A stretch of 64,000 nt of DNA from an uncultured delta proteobacterium. Its GTDB lineage: Bacteria; Desulfobacterota; Desulfobaccia; Desulfobaccales; 0-14-0-80-60-11. Position 1 is the stretch's first letter. The number at the start of each line of letters is the position of its first letter. The stretch covers positions 2,062 to 66,061 of the forward strand of contig CAVPIX010000010.1 in the NCBI GenBank assembly GCA_963705115.1. The letters run 5' to 3'. The notes beneath the pieces are model-generated. The model worked only from the letters and a program-made list of their open reading frames with translations, ran no database searches and was not told where the DNA came from. The position numbers and the translations under genes were made by a program. Of the stretch, positions 40,405 to 50,376 are shown piece by piece.

Positions 40405-41343
40405 TCACACCGGCGGGGTGCCGAAGTTGTCCCGGTAGCGGCGCCAGAAGTCGGGCAGGTTGACACGGTGCTCCTGGGTGCCGGCCTGTTCCACGGCAAA
40501 GCTCGCCAGGGTGGAGCCCATGAGCGCGGCGGTGCCCCAGGGAAGGTTAAGCATCAGGCCCTTCATGAGACCGGCCCGGTAGGCGTCGCCGGCGCCGGTG
40601 GGGTCCACCACCTGGCGGGGTTTGGCCGGCGGGATGACTTCCCGGCCATCGGGGCCGATGAGTTCCGAGCCCTCTTCCCCCTTGGTGACGATGAGAATCT
40701 GCACCAGACTCTTCAGGTCGGCCTCTGCCAAGCCGGTTTTCTGGCGAAACATTTCCTGCTCATAGTCGTTCATAATAAGGGATAGGGCGCCGGTGGCCAT
40801 CTCCCGGAGTTCCACCGGCCCCCAGGCCGGAATGGACTGGCCGGGGTCGAAGATATAGGGCAGGCCCAACTCTTTGTAGCGCCGGGAATAGGCCAGCATG
40901 TCCGGCAGGTTTCCCGGCGCGATAATGGCTAAAGACTCCAGGGGCTTGACCGAGCCGAAGCTATATTCGGACTGGTGTTTCATGGCCCCAGGGTTGAACC
41001 CGGTAATCTGGTTGTCGGCCATGTCGGTAGTAATGTAGGCCCCGGCAGTAAATTCTTCCTCGATGAGGCGGATACCCTTGAGAGGCAGACCGAGGCCGGC
41101 AAGCCAATCCTGATACAGGCCGAAGTCCCGGCCCCCGGTGGCCAGGATGACCGGCTTTTCTCCCAGGAGGGCCAGGTTATAGGCGATATTGCCGGCAGTG
41201 CCGCCGAAGCGCTCGGTGAGGCCGTTCACCATGAAGCACACATTCAGGATGTGAATTTTTTCGGGCAGGATGTGTTCGGCGAAGCGCCCGGGAAAGTCCA
41301 TGATCCGGTCATAGGCCAGGGAGCCGGAGACGAAAATGGGCAT
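40405..41343 (-). CDS. PfkB-family carbohydrate/nucleoside kinase
   Basis: It has GGTAGNIAYNLALLG and a C-terminal DPTGAGDAYRAG anion-hole motif. Confidence 0.8.
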   Translation of the reverse strand: MPIFVSGSLAYDRIMDFPGRFAEHILPEKIHILNVCFMVNGLTERFGGTAGNIAYNLALLGEKPVILATGGRDFGLYQDWLAGLGLPLKGIRLIEEEFTAGAYITTDMADNQITGFNPGAMKHQSEYSFGSVKPLESLAIIAPGNLPDMLAYSRRYKELGLPYIFDPGQSIPAWGPVELREMATGALSLIMNDYEQEMFRQKTGLAEADLKSLVQILIVTKGEEGSELIGPDGREVIPPAKPRQVVDPTGAGDAYRAGLMKGLMLNLPWGTAALMGSTLASFAVEQAGTQEHRVNLPDFWRRYRDNFGTPPV

Positions 41344-41412
41344 AGGGTTTCTCCAAACTTTTTTAAGCGCAACTTGGTATTACGCGCCATAAGTGGCCCG
41401 TGAAAATGAGCC

Positions 41413-42714
41413 CTACTGTTTTTCTAGCCTTTCAAAATACTCCAGGGCCTCCCCCACGGTGTACAGGGACCCGGTGACCACCACCTGGTCGTCAGGACCC
41501 GCCAGGGTCCGGGCTCGGTGGACGGCCTGGGCCACCTCCGGCTCCAGGAGCACTTCCAGGTTATGGGGCCTAGCCCGGTGGGCCAGGTCCTCGGGTTTGG
41601 CGGCCCGGAAATAATCGGGCCGGGTGAAGATCACAGTGTCAGCCAGGGGCAGGAGCGCACCCAGGATGGAGTCCTCGTCTTTATCCGCCATGATGCCCAT
41701 GACAAAAAGGCGCCGTCCCGGCCGGCGGTCCTGCTTCAGGACCTGGGCCAGGGCCTGGGCTGCGGCCGGGTTGTGGGCCCCGTCCAGGATGACCCGGGGG
41801 TCCTGGGCCATCCGCTCCAGGCGGCCCGGCCAGCGCACCTGGGCCAGGCCCTCCCGGATGGCCGACTCGGGCGCCGGAAAGCCCATATCCTGCAAAAGCT
41901 CCAGTGCGGCCAGCACCAGGGCGGCATTCTTGTATTGATGGCGTCCCGAGAGATTAATGGTGAGCCCTTCCCAAGACCGTTTCAGGCCCTGATAGGAAAA
42001 GTGCCCCTGGCCCAGACCCCGGCTTTTAAAATCCACCCCGCCCACATATATGGGGGCGCCAAGCTCCCGGCAGCGCTCCCGGAAGAGGTTCAGCACCCGC
42101 TTCTGGTGAGCGTAGGTCACCAGCGGCGCCCCCGGCTTGATGATGCCGGCCTTTTCCCCGGCGATGGCGGTGAGGGTGTCCCCCAGGAAATACTGATGGT
42201 CCATGGAAATATTGGTGATGACGCTCACCAGGGGCTGCACGATGTTGGTGGCGTCCAGCCGACCCCCCATGCCCGTCTCCAGAATGACCGGCCGGGCCCC
42301 CTGCTCGTGAAAGTAGAGGAAGGCCATGGCTGCAGCAAATTCAAAAAAAGTGGGGGGCTCCGCCTCATCGATGGCTGCCCGCACCCGATTGATGAGATGC
42401 AGCAGTCCGTCTGCATTGATGTCTTCATCCCGCAGGCGGAAGCGCTCCCCGAAGCGCACCAGATGGGGAGAGGTGAAGAGCCCCACCGGGTAGCCGGCCC
42501 TGGTGAGGATGGCCGACAGGGCTGCGGCCACCGAGCCCTTGCCGTTGGTGCCCGCCAGATGCAGGTAGTGGCCCTGCTCATAGGGTATCTGCAAGCGGTC
42601 CAGGAGGCTTAGGGTGCAGGACAATCCGAACTTGATGCCGTATTTTTGTAAATCAAAAACCCAGGCTTGCGCCCGGGCCAGGTCCGCAAACGCGGTCATC
42701 TGGCTGCTCCTCAA
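41413..42714 (-). CDS. folC: bifunctional folylpolyglutamate synthase / dihydrofolate synthase
   Basis: It has HLAGTNGKGS (P-loop), FTSPHL, ILETGMGGRLDATN and DGAHNP. Confidence 0.9.
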   Translation of the reverse strand: MRSSQMTAFADLARAQAWVFDLQKYGIKFGLSCTLSLLDRLQIPYEQGHYLHLAGTNGKGSVAAALSAILTRAGYPVGLFTSPHLVRFGERFRLRDEDINADGLLHLINRVRAAIDEAEPPTFFEFAAAMAFLYFHEQGARPVILETGMGGRLDATNIVQPLVSVITNISMDHQYFLGDTLTAIAGEKAGIIKPGAPLVTYAHQKRVLNLFRERCRELGAPIYVGGVDFKSRGLGQGHFSYQGLKRSWEGLTINLSGRHQYKNAALVLAALELLQDMGFPAPESAIREGLAQVRWPGRLERMAQDPRVILDGAHNPAAAQALAQVLKQDRRPGRRLFVMGIMADKDEDSILGALLPLADTVIFTRPDYFRAAKPEDLAHRARPHNLEVLLEPEVAQAVHRARTLAGPDDQVVVTGSLYTVGEALEYFERLEKQ

Positions 42715-43175
42715 TATTCCTTGTAATCGTGATTCTGCACCGTTTCCCCGTCAGGCTTGAAGCGGATAATGAGAGTTTTGGCCAGTTCTTCGGGAGGGGC
42801 TTCGGAAGAGGTCTTCAGCGCCGGAGCTTTTTGGTCCAGGGCATTGGGATCGATGGACTCACTTATGGGTTCCTTGGTCTTGCGGCGGGGAGGCTCATTT
42901 TTAGGGCGAAAGTTCTTGTAGACATAAATCATGCCGTCCGGCAGGCGCTGAATTTCTTTGGGGTCGCCGAACCAAGTGAGAATCTCGTGCCGCTTGGTCT
43001 TACCATCCTCGATGCGATCCACCAAGCGGGGATTGATGCCTTTGTCCATCCCGAGTTTCCACCCCAGGAGGAGGGGCAGGGCGACGACCACCAAAACCAG
43101 GGCCAGCTTCCGGCTTTTGCCGGCTAGGCCGCGGCGCATTGGAAAAGGTTTCATATAACTGCCCTCCCGGTTCAT
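42711..43175 (-). CDS. hypothetical membrane-anchored protein
   Basis: It has a single N-terminal TM (LALVLVVVALPLLLGW) and a Pro/Lys-rich linker. It is translationally coupled to folC. No motif was recognised. Confidence 0.4.
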   Translation of the reverse strand: MNREGSYMKPFPMRRGLAGKSRKLALVLVVVALPLLLGWKLGMDKGINPRLVDRIEDGKTKRHEILTWFGDPKEIQRLPDGMIYVYKNFRPKNEPPRRKTKEPISESIDPNALDQKAPALKTSSEAPPEELAKTLIIRFKPDGETVQNHDYKEY

Positions 43176-43184
43176 GGTGTTATA

Positions 43185-43871
43185 TCAGTAACTGAGGAGC
43201 ACCGCGATGATGCCGCTCAGAAAAATGGCGTCAAAGGTGCCGGCCCCGCCGATGGAGGCCACCGGCGCGCCCATGTCGGCAATCTCCTTTAGGTGGAGCA
43301 GGTCGGCCCCGATAAGCGTCCCCATGGTGCTGGCAATGAAGGCGCAGGGGGCCCGAAACTCTTCGGGGCATAAAATCCAGGCCCCCAGGGCGGCCACCAG
43401 GGGCGGCACCAGCCCCGGCACGGCAATGCCCAGGCCTTTAACGGGCCTGGCCACCAGGTACAGAACGGCCGTGACCATGCCCAGATTGGCCACAAGGCCC
43501 CAGGCTACCCCCATTATCTTGAAAATCTGCACAAAAAGGTAGATGGACAGCGCCGCCGGAATAAGGGCGCCGCCCACGTTGACGGCCAGGACCGTCTGCT
43601 GTCTGGCGGGGGCCGGGGGGAGCCTCACCTTCATGCCGAAGTAGGACAAAACCTGGCCCGCCACCACCTCCCGGCTTTCCAGGGTGGTAAGGGGAATGTT
43701 TACCATGCTTCCCAGCAGGGTGGCAATGAGGAGCCAGAAAACTGCGCCAGGGGACAGCCCCAGGTTGACAAAGGCGTTCCCCACCACTCCCAGCCACAGA
43801 AAAGGCAGGAGCACCAGGGCTATGAGGAAAAAAACCACCATCACCAGGAGAATGAGGGGAGAATAAAACAT
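43185..43871 (-). CDS. DUF1614-family integral membrane protein
   Basis: The N-terminal pattern LILLVMVVFFLIALVLLPF...GLSPG.....LLGS.VNIPL and overall ~230-aa TM architecture are typical of DUF1614. Confidence 0.6.
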   Translation of the reverse strand: MFYSPLILLVMVVFFLIALVLLPFLWLGVVGNAFVNLGLSPGAVFWLLIATLLGSMVNIPLTTLESREVVAGQVLSYFGMKVRLPPAPARQQTVLAVNVGGALIPAALSIYLFVQIFKIMGVAWGLVANLGMVTAVLYLVARPVKGLGIAVPGLVPPLVAALGAWILCPEEFRAPCAFIASTMGTLIGADLLHLKEIADMGAPVASIGGAGTFDAIFLSGIIAVLLSY

Positions 43872-43883
43872 GCCGGCCTCACC

Positions 43884-44852
43884 TCAGGGGGGGTAGCTGC
43901 CCTGGGCCTTCAAGCCGTAGGCCCTGATCTTAAAATCCAGCTCCTCCAGGGAAATTTGCAGGGCTTGGGCGGCCTCCTGGCGGTTCCAGGCGTTTTTTTC
44001 CAGGGTTTGGTAAATAAACTCTTTTTCCCACTCCGGCGGCGCGGGCTCCGCCTCAGAGGCCCCGAAACCTGCCGGCTCCTGGGCCAGGCGCTGGATGGAC
44101 GCCGGTAAATGGGCCAGGTCCAGCGTTCCTCCCTGGCAGAGGATGACGCCCCGCTCCAGGGTGTTTTCCAACTCCCGGATATTCCCCGGCCAGGCATAGC
44201 GGCGCAAAGCCTGGAGCGCTTCGGGGGTCAGCGTTTTCACCGGGCAGTGGTATTTCTCCCGAAAACGCCGCAGAAAAAAGTCCACCAGCAGGGGCAGGTC
44301 TTCCAGGCGGTCCCGCAAGGCCGGCAGGGTGAGGGGAAAAACGTGCAGCCGATAATACAGATCATCCCGAAAGGCGCCCTGCTGCACCATGGCCTCCAGG
44401 TTGCGGTTGGTGGCCGCGACGATGCGCACGTCCACCTTCAGGGGGCGGGTGCTCCCCAGGGGCTCGAACTCCCGGCTTTGCAGCACCCTCAGGATTTTTG
44501 CCTGGGTGGAGGGCTGCAGTTCGCCGATTTCGTCCAGAAACACGGTGCCCTGGTGGGCCAAAAGGAAGCGGCCTTCTTTCTTGGCCGTGGCCCCGGTGAA
44601 GGCCCCTTTTTCGTGGCCGAAGAGTTCGCTTTCCAGGAGGGTCTCCGGCAGGGCGGCGCAATTCACCACCACGAAAGGCCCCTGGCTCCGGCGGCTGTTC
44701 AGGTGAATGGCCTGGGCCACCAATTCTTTGCCGGTGCCGGTTTCTCCCAACAGCAGGACGGTGGCCTCCGAGGGGGCCACCAATTCCAGGAGGCGGGCAA
44801 TTTCCCGCATGCGGGGGGAAACACCCAAGATGCCGGGAAACTCCAGGTTCAT
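43884..44852 (-). CDS. sigma-54-dependent transcriptional activator lacking any N-terminal sensory/receiver domain
   Basis: The protein begins directly with the AAA+ module (GVSPRMREI..., Walker A GETGTGKE, GAFTGA, ESELFGHEKGAFTGA, RVIAATN). It ends with a Fis-type HTH (NRQEAAQALQISLEEL). Confidence 0.85.
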   Translation of the reverse strand: MNLEFPGILGVSPRMREIARLLELVAPSEATVLLLGETGTGKELVAQAIHLNSRRSQGPFVVVNCAALPETLLESELFGHEKGAFTGATAKKEGRFLLAHQGTVFLDEIGELQPSTQAKILRVLQSREFEPLGSTRPLKVDVRIVAATNRNLEAMVQQGAFRDDLYYRLHVFPLTLPALRDRLEDLPLLVDFFLRRFREKYHCPVKTLTPEALQALRRYAWPGNIRELENTLERGVILCQGGTLDLAHLPASIQRLAQEPAGFGASEAEPAPPEWEKEFIYQTLEKNAWNRQEAAQALQISLEELDFKIRAYGLKAQGSYPP

Positions 44853-45517
44853 GCCCCTCTTTCTCCTTGAGGTTTGAGGCCGTGCACCACCCCATGGCAG
44901 CGGCAGGCGGTGGCCACCAATAACGGCCTCCCAGCCTGGGCCACCTTCCCGGCCAGTTCCAGAAGCGCATCAGGGGCGTAGCCCCCCACTCCCGGGGCCA
45001 GTTGGCGGCTGGCCACCACGAAGATGGGCAAGTCGGGGGCGGAAGCCCCGGCCAATTTTTGAAAAAGGGGCTTATCCCGCTTCTCCCCCGTCACCGGGCA
45101 GATGGGCGGCTCGTCACAGTCATCCGGACAGAGGTGGCGGGCCCGGCTCAGATAGAGCTCTCCTTGGGGCCCCCGTGTGGCCATGGCTGCCAGGCCTTCC
45201 AGGCGCCCGGGCACCTCGGCCGGCTGCCAACCCTTCCCGGCCAGGGGACCCTCCAGGAGCCAGGCATAGGCCACATGCACCGGCACCATGGGTATAAGCC
45301 AATCCCAGCGCGGCTCCAGAGCCAGGTGCGCGGCCAGGTAGTGGATGGCGTCACCTGCCACCAGCTCCGCTTCCCCGGTCCCCAGGGTTCGGGCAGCCGC
45401 CAGGGCTTCAGGCCGATGGTCAACTACCAGGAACCGGGCCTGGTGATCCTGTTTTGTCAAACGCCGCAGGGCCAGCCGGCCGAATTCCCCGGCGCCCAAA
45501 ATAAGGTATGACCCCAT
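44849..45517 (-). CDS. Rossmann-fold (TrkA-N-like) protein with Cys-rich C-terminal half, function unknown
   Basis: It has an N-terminal ILGAGEFGRLA glycine-rich dinucleotide motif. Later come CPDDCDEPPICPVTG and ATACRCHG cysteine clusters. The stop overlaps the activator start (ATGA). Confidence 0.45.
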   Translation of the reverse strand: MGSYLILGAGEFGRLALRRLTKQDHQARFLVVDHRPEALAAARTLGTGEAELVAGDAIHYLAAHLALEPRWDWLIPMVPVHVAYAWLLEGPLAGKGWQPAEVPGRLEGLAAMATRGPQGELYLSRARHLCPDDCDEPPICPVTGEKRDKPLFQKLAGASAPDLPIFVVASRQLAPGVGGYAPDALLELAGKVAQAGRPLLVATACRCHGVVHGLKPQGERGA

Positions 45518-45521
45518 GGAC

Positions 45522-46358
45522 TTATTGCTGACGGGGAAAAACCCCGATCACGGTGGGCAGTAAAAATTTCTGCTGATCCACGATGTTCCCCAGTCGGGAC
45601 TGCCAGGACGGGGGGGAACAATAATCAAAGTCATGCATCTTGATGGAGAGCTGAGCCTCTGCGCCACCGTCCAGATTCAAGGCGCTGTCTATGCCAAAAG
45701 AACTGGCCTTCAGGAACTGGGCCATTTTATGAAGGGTAAAAAAGCTGCCCTCCGAGTTAAAGACCAGGATATTGCCGTTGCGGTCCGCGGTGATCACGGT
45801 GCGGAATGATTTCTTGCCGCTTTCCCTCACCCGGATCTGACCCTTATAGTCCAACAGCAGAGGAAAGGACTGCACCCCCTGCTGCCAGGGAAATTTCTTA
45901 AAGTCTATGCGCGCCGCCTGGAGGTCCAAAATGGTGGCCCGGGGCAAATCGGGAGACATGCCCTGGGGTTCGGCCACAAACATGCCCTTCATCTGGGGGT
46001 TGTTTGTCGACCCCAGGGGCTTGCCATCCGTGAATATGAGGCCCACCGGCTGGCAAGAGGGGGTGAAATAGCCGGCATTAAACACCACCGGCGCCTTGAT
46101 CTCCTCCTGCCACGCGGTAATGGTCTGGGGCTTTTGGTGGAAAACCCGGAAGGCATTGACAGCCGGGTCAATTTTGACCACGGCCAGAGTTTCCACCACC
46201 TCCTGGCCAGAATAGACCTGGACCTTGGTGAAGGCCAGGCCTTTGCCAAGTTCGCGCCACTGGGGCGGGCTGTGGGACCATTCCTGGGCCTGGGCCCGCC
46301 AGGGCATGGAAAGACACAGCCCCGCAATGAGGACTGCGCCGAGGATGCGGAGAAACAC
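45522..46358 (-). CDS. secreted phosphodiester glycosidase family protein (DUF2233/NAGPA-like)
   Basis: A signal peptide MFLRILGAVLIAGLCLSMPWRAQA is followed by VVFNAGYF, RTVITADRNGNILV and ALNLDGGAEA, which are characteristic of DUF2233. Confidence 0.6.
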   Translation of the reverse strand: MFLRILGAVLIAGLCLSMPWRAQAQEWSHSPPQWRELGKGLAFTKVQVYSGQEVVETLAVVKIDPAVNAFRVFHQKPQTITAWQEEIKAPVVFNAGYFTPSCQPVGLIFTDGKPLGSTNNPQMKGMFVAEPQGMSPDLPRATILDLQAARIDFKKFPWQQGVQSFPLLLDYKGQIRVRESGKKSFRTVITADRNGNILVFNSEGSFFTLHKMAQFLKASSFGIDSALNLDGGAEAQLSIKMHDFDYCSPPSWQSRLGNIVDQQKFLLPTVIGVFPRQQ

Positions 46359-46431
46359 CGCGTCTCCTTGCAGGTTGCTAAAATATCGGATATTTTACCA
46401 TGAGAAGGAAATTTGTCCACAACATCTCTTT

Positions 46432-47235
46432 ATGTCATTTCCCCTGGCCGATACCCACGCCCATTTAGACGAACCCCAACTCCGGGATCACCAGGAGGCA
46501 GTCCTCGCCCGGGCCCGGGACGCGGGGGTGGGCCTCATTGTCAATGTGGGCATCGGCCGGGAAAACTCCCGCCGGGTCATAGAGACCGCCGACCGCTACC
46601 CGGAGGTCTTCGCCACCGTGGGCGTGCATCCCCACGGCGCCTCCTCCGTGACCCAGGATGACCTGCAAACCCTGGCCCGGCTGGCCGCGCATTCCAAGGT
46701 AGTGGCCGTGGGGGAAATCGGCCTGGATTTTTACCGCCGGCGCTCTCCGGAAAAGGTCCAGGAGCACTGGTTCCGGGAACAACTGGCCCTGGCCCATGAG
46801 CTGGGGAAAATCATTGTGGTGCACACCCGGGACGCCACCGCGGCCACTCTGAAAATTCTCCAGGAAGCCCGGCGTGACTTGCAGGGCGGCATTATGCACT
46901 GCTTCCAGGGGAACCTGGAGGAGGCTCGGGCGTTTTTGGACCTGGGGCTCTATCTGTCCTTCTCCGGGACCCTCACCTTCCCCAAGGCGGAGCCCCTGCG
47001 CCGGGTGGCCAGTCGGCTGCCCCTGGACCGGGTCCTGGTGGAGACCGACTGCCCCTACCTGGCCCCCCAGCCCTGGAGAGGCAAAGTGAATGAACCGGCT
47101 TATGTCGCGGCCACGGCCGCGGCCCTGGCCCAGTTGCACGGCCTGAGCCTGGAGGACCTGGCCCGCCTTACCTGGCGGAACACCCTGGCGGCCTTCCAGT
47201 TGGACGGGAAGGTGGGGGAAGGGTCAGGGACATAG
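46432..47235 (+). CDS. tatD: TatD-family metal-dependent hydrolase/DNase
   Basis: It has LADTHAHLD, VGVHPH, AVGEIGLDF, HTRDA, HCFQG and ETDCPYL. The last ~8 codons run into a repeat element. Confidence 0.85.
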   Translation: MSFPLADTHAHLDEPQLRDHQEAVLARARDAGVGLIVNVGIGRENSRRVIETADRYPEVFATVGVHPHGASSVTQDDLQTLARLAAHSKVVAVGEIGLDFYRRRSPEKVQEHWFREQLALAHELGKIIVVHTRDATAATLKILQEARRDLQGGIMHCFQGNLEEARAFLDLGLYLSFSGTLTFPKAEPLRRVASRLPLDRVLVETDCPYLAPQPWRGKVNEPAYVAATAAALAQLHGLSLEDLARLTWRNTLAAFQLDGKVGEGSGT

Positions 47236-47303
47236 GTCCCTGCCCTCCCGCACACCCCCCTCCCTACCCGCTTACAGTTGGCGGGGGCCGGGGCTTAGGC
47301 CCT
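47211..47303 (+). repeat. truncated/variant copy of the G/C-rich composite element
   Basis: GGTGGGGGAAGGGTCAGGGACATAGGTCCCTGCCCTCCCGCACACCCCCCTCCCTACCCG is followed by GGGGGCCGGGGCTTAGGCCCTGGCCCCCACC. It overlaps the tatD 3' end. Confidence 0.7.
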
Positions 47304-47445
47304 GGCCCCCACCAATTTTAAGCGCAAAAGGAAAAATAGGCCAACATCTTGATAACACTGATGATAAATTATAATCTCGTCCCAGGCTCCTGCTTGGGGA
47401 AGCATCTGGACTCCCAGCTCATCTTCACAGTAATTATCGCCCACC

Positions 47446-48139
47446 ATGAACCAGATTAGACAGAACCTGGAAGATATTAAACGGCGTCTTGAGGCTGCCG
47501 CCCGCCGCGCCGGCCGCGAGCCCCAGGAGGTGCGCCTGGTGGCGGTGACCAAAACCGTGGGACTGGACCGGCTTCAGGGAGGCCGTGGCCGCGGGCCACA
47601 CCCTGTTCGGCGAAAATTACGTCCAGGAGGGCAAGGCCAAGATCGCCTCCCTGGGGACGGGGCTCACCTGGCATTTCATCGGGCATCTCCAGAGCAACAA
47701 GGCCAAAGCCGCAGTGGAGCTTTTTCACCTCATTCATTCGGTGGACCGCCTGAGCCTGGCCCAGGCCCTGGAGCAGGCCGCGGCCCGCTCGGGCAAAGTC
47801 CAGGACATCCTCCTTCAGGTCAACCTGGCCGGCGAGGCCACCAAATCCGGAACTACCCGGGAGGATGCCCAGGCCCTGTTGCGGGAAATCAGCGCCCTGC
47901 CCCATCTGCGGGTCCTGGGCCTCATGACCATGCCCCCCTGGTTTCCTGATCCGGAGGCAGCGCGCCCCTATTTCCGGGCCTTGCGGGAATTGCGGGATGA
48001 GTTGCGGCGTTTTGATTTGGTGGACGGAGACCTGGCCCAACTCTCCATGGGCATGACCGGCGATTTTGAGGTGGCCGTGGCGGAAGGGGCCACCCTGGTG
48101 CGCATCGGCACCGCTGTTTTCGGGCCGCGCCCGGGGTGA
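47446..48139 (+). CDS. yggS: YggS-family pyridoxal-phosphate homeostasis protein (frame break near 47577)
   Basis: RLVAVTKTV (PLP Lys) lies in ORF 47446... The protein continues as AAGHTLFGENYVQE, WHFIGHLQSNK and LSMGMTGDFEVA in ORF 47585..48139. Confidence 0.8.
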
Positions 48140-48446
48140 TACCTAGACAAACAAAACCACGGAAAGGTTGGTGGCACAGGTTTTTAACCTGTGCTTGGAC
48201 AGCCGAGACGTTGTTTCGGAGAGCAGGCCTCTTGCCTGTGCCTAGTACTTAGCTGCGTAAGGTAGGGCACCTTAAAAGCCGAAACGGTTCATGCCCAGGA
48301 TACCTGAAGTCCCCCTTCAAATTCTTAAAAGGGGGGAATTATAAGTCCCGGTTGGTGTAGCCTCAATTTCTGCAACCAAGTACTAGACTGCCTTCAACCC
48401 TGGCTTACCGTCCCAGTTGGGGCTGAGGAATTAAGGAGCAAAATAT

Positions 48447-49151
48447 ATGTGGCATACTCCAGAACTCCTGGCTTCCCTGGGGAAACTGGCCCTGGCCGCG
48501 GTGGTGGGCGGCGCCATCGGCTTTGAACGGGAGGCCCATGGCCAATCCGCGGGGCTTAGGACCAACATCCTCATCTGCGTCGGGGCCTGTCTGTTGATGC
48601 AGCTTTCCTTGCACATGGAGGCGCTCTTTCGCCATCTTCCCGGCGCCACCTCGGTGGTCCGCCTGGACCCGGGCCGCATCGCCTCCTACGCCATTGCCAG
48701 CATGGGCTTTTTGGGGGCGGGCGCCATCATCACCGGCAAAGGCACGGTCCGGGGGCTGACCACTGCGGCCGGGCTTTGGCTGGTCACCGGCATCGGGCTG
48801 GCCATCGGCGCCGGCTTTTTAGCCCCCTCCCTTTTTGCCGCTCTCATCAGCCTCATTTGTCTGTATGGCATGCGTCAGGCCAAGGCCTGGTTTCACCGGG
48901 ACACTTACACCATCCTTTCCTTTAAATATCAGGGTTTTAAGGATCACCTGCGGCCTGTCAAGGAAATTCTCAGCCAACACGGGTTTAACATCAGTTTCAC
49001 GACCTTCCGCCGGGAAGTGCCTGCTAAGATCAGCTCTTATGTTTTGCATTTGACCAGCAAAGATAACATCCCCTGGGAGCACCTGGTGCAGGAGATTACC
49101 ATGACCCCTGATCTCCTGGAGTTTGAGTGGCACGAAGGCAAGGTGATTTAA
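48447..49151 (+). CDS. mgtC: MgtC/SapB-family membrane protein
   Basis: LALAAVVGGAIGFEREAHGQSAGLRTNILICVGA is the MgtC signature, and a C-terminal soluble ACT-like domain is present. Confidence 0.8.
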   Translation: MWHTPELLASLGKLALAAVVGGAIGFEREAHGQSAGLRTNILICVGACLLMQLSLHMEALFRHLPGATSVVRLDPGRIASYAIASMGFLGAGAIITGKGTVRGLTTAAGLWLVTGIGLAIGAGFLAPSLFAALISLICLYGMRQAKAWFHRDTYTILSFKYQGFKDHLRPVKEILSQHGFNISFTTFRREVPAKISSYVLHLTSKDNIPWEHLVQEITMTPDLLEFEWHEGKVI

Positions 49152-49173
49152 ACCTGACTCCGAAGATTCCATC

Positions 49174-50182
49174 ATGACCCCTGGAAAGCCTCACCCCGCT
49201 GCGGGCAAAGTGGGCCTCACCACCACCATCCCGGTGGAGGTGGTCCTGGCCGCGGGCTTCACCCCGGTGGACCTGAACAACCTGTTCATTTCCGCCCCGG
49301 ACGCCCTGCAACGGGTGGCCCGGGCCGAGGCCGCGGGCCTGCCCCGCACCATCTGCGCCTGGGTGAAGGGCATCTACGCCACTCTTAAGGACCACCCGGA
49401 CATCCAGACAGTCCTGGTGGCCACCCAGGGGGACTGCTCCTACACCCAGGCCTTGGGGGAAATTTTAGCGGATGAAAAGCATGAGGTTATCCATTTCAAG
49501 TTTCCCTATCCTCGGGACCGCCGGCGTCTGCGGGAGGAAATCGAGGCGTTGATGGCCCGTCTCAAAACCAACTGGCCGGAGGTGAGCGCGATCCAGGAAC
49601 GGCTGGCGCCGGTGCGCCGGCTCCTGAGGGAGCTGGACCGCCTTACCTGGGAGACCGGCCAGGTGTCGGCCCAGGAGAATTTTCAGTGGCTCATCTCCAG
49701 CTCCGATTTCGGCGGCGACCTGGAAACCTATGAACAAAGCCTGGCGGCGTTGGTGGCGGCAGCGGCCCGGCGTCCCTCCCGCCGGGGGCTGGTGCGCCTG
49801 GGTCTGGCCGGCATCCCCCCCATTTTTTCCGACCTCTGGGGCTACCTGGAGGAGCTGGGCGCGGACGTGGTCTTTAACGAAATGCCCCGCCAGTTCAGCA
49901 TGCCCTATGACACCTCCGACTTGGTGGAGCAGTACTGGCGCTACACCTATCCTTACGACATCAACGGCCGCCTGGCGGACCTCGCCGAAGCCGTGGCGGT
50001 CCGGCAGACTGGACGGCATCATTCACTATACCCAAAGTTTCTGCTTCCGCCAGATGTTTGACCAGACCCTGCGTGAGCACCTGCCTGTGCCCCTCCTGAC
50101 CATCGAAGGGGACGGCCCCACACCCCTGGACGCCCGCACCCGCCTGCGCCTGGAGGCCTTCGTCGATGTCCTGCGGCCGTGA
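49174..50182 (+). CDS. single-subunit 2-hydroxyacyl-CoA dehydratase / benzoyl-CoA reductase BcrB-HgdB family protein (frame break near 50005)
   Basis: Motifs seen are GLTTTIPVEVVLAAGFTPVDL, CAWVKG, QGDCS and RLGLAGIPPIF. The C-terminus LDGIIHYTQSFCFRQ... continues in ORF 49730..50182. Confidence 0.65.
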
Positions 50183-50189
50183 AGTTATT

Positions 50190-50376
50190 GTGGGGGGAGG
50201 GCCAGGGAGCGCGGCTCCCTGCCCTCCCCCCACTCCCCCCTCCCAACCCGTTTGCTGGGAGCATAGGCATCTTGCCTGTGCTGCACAGGCTGGAAGTCTG
50301 TGCTCCAGAATGATGGGGTTGGGGGAGGGGGCTTGGGGGAGGGGGCAGGGGCCCTCGGCCCCTGGCCCCCTCCCCC
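50190..50376 (+). repeat. G/C-rich composite element, copy with a different central hairpin cassette
   Basis: The arms match copy 2 (GTGGGGGGAGGGCCAGGGAGCGCGGCTCCCTGCCCTCCCCCCACTCCCCCCTCCCAACCCG ... GGGGTTGGGGGAGGGGGCTTGGGGGAGGGGGCAGGGGCCCTCGGCCCCTGGCCCCCTCCCCC). The centre is replaced by GCACAGGC-type hairpins. Confidence 0.8.

Noticed and set aside
41518-42612. 364-aa plus-strand ORF
   Set aside because: It is antisense to folC and has the same low-complexity composition.
46432-47235. TatD as the QatD partner of the QatC-like gene
   Set aside because: It lies ~7.4 kb away on the opposite strand, with 7 unrelated genes (yggS to thiDN) and the AT-rich orphan between. Its own flanks are the DUF2233 gene and yggS.
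48170-48195. GGTGGCACAGG... starts of hairpin modules as sigma-54 -24 elements (also 53615, 63581)
   Set aside because: TGGCAC is present, but the -12 TTGC(A/T) element at the correct 5-nt spacing is absent. The motif is part of the hairpin stem.
48140-48446. Mg2+ (M-box) riboswitch upstream of mgtC
   Set aside because: The region consists of hairpin repeat modules, and I could not recognise conserved M-box core sequences by eye. A covariance-model scan is needed to be sure.
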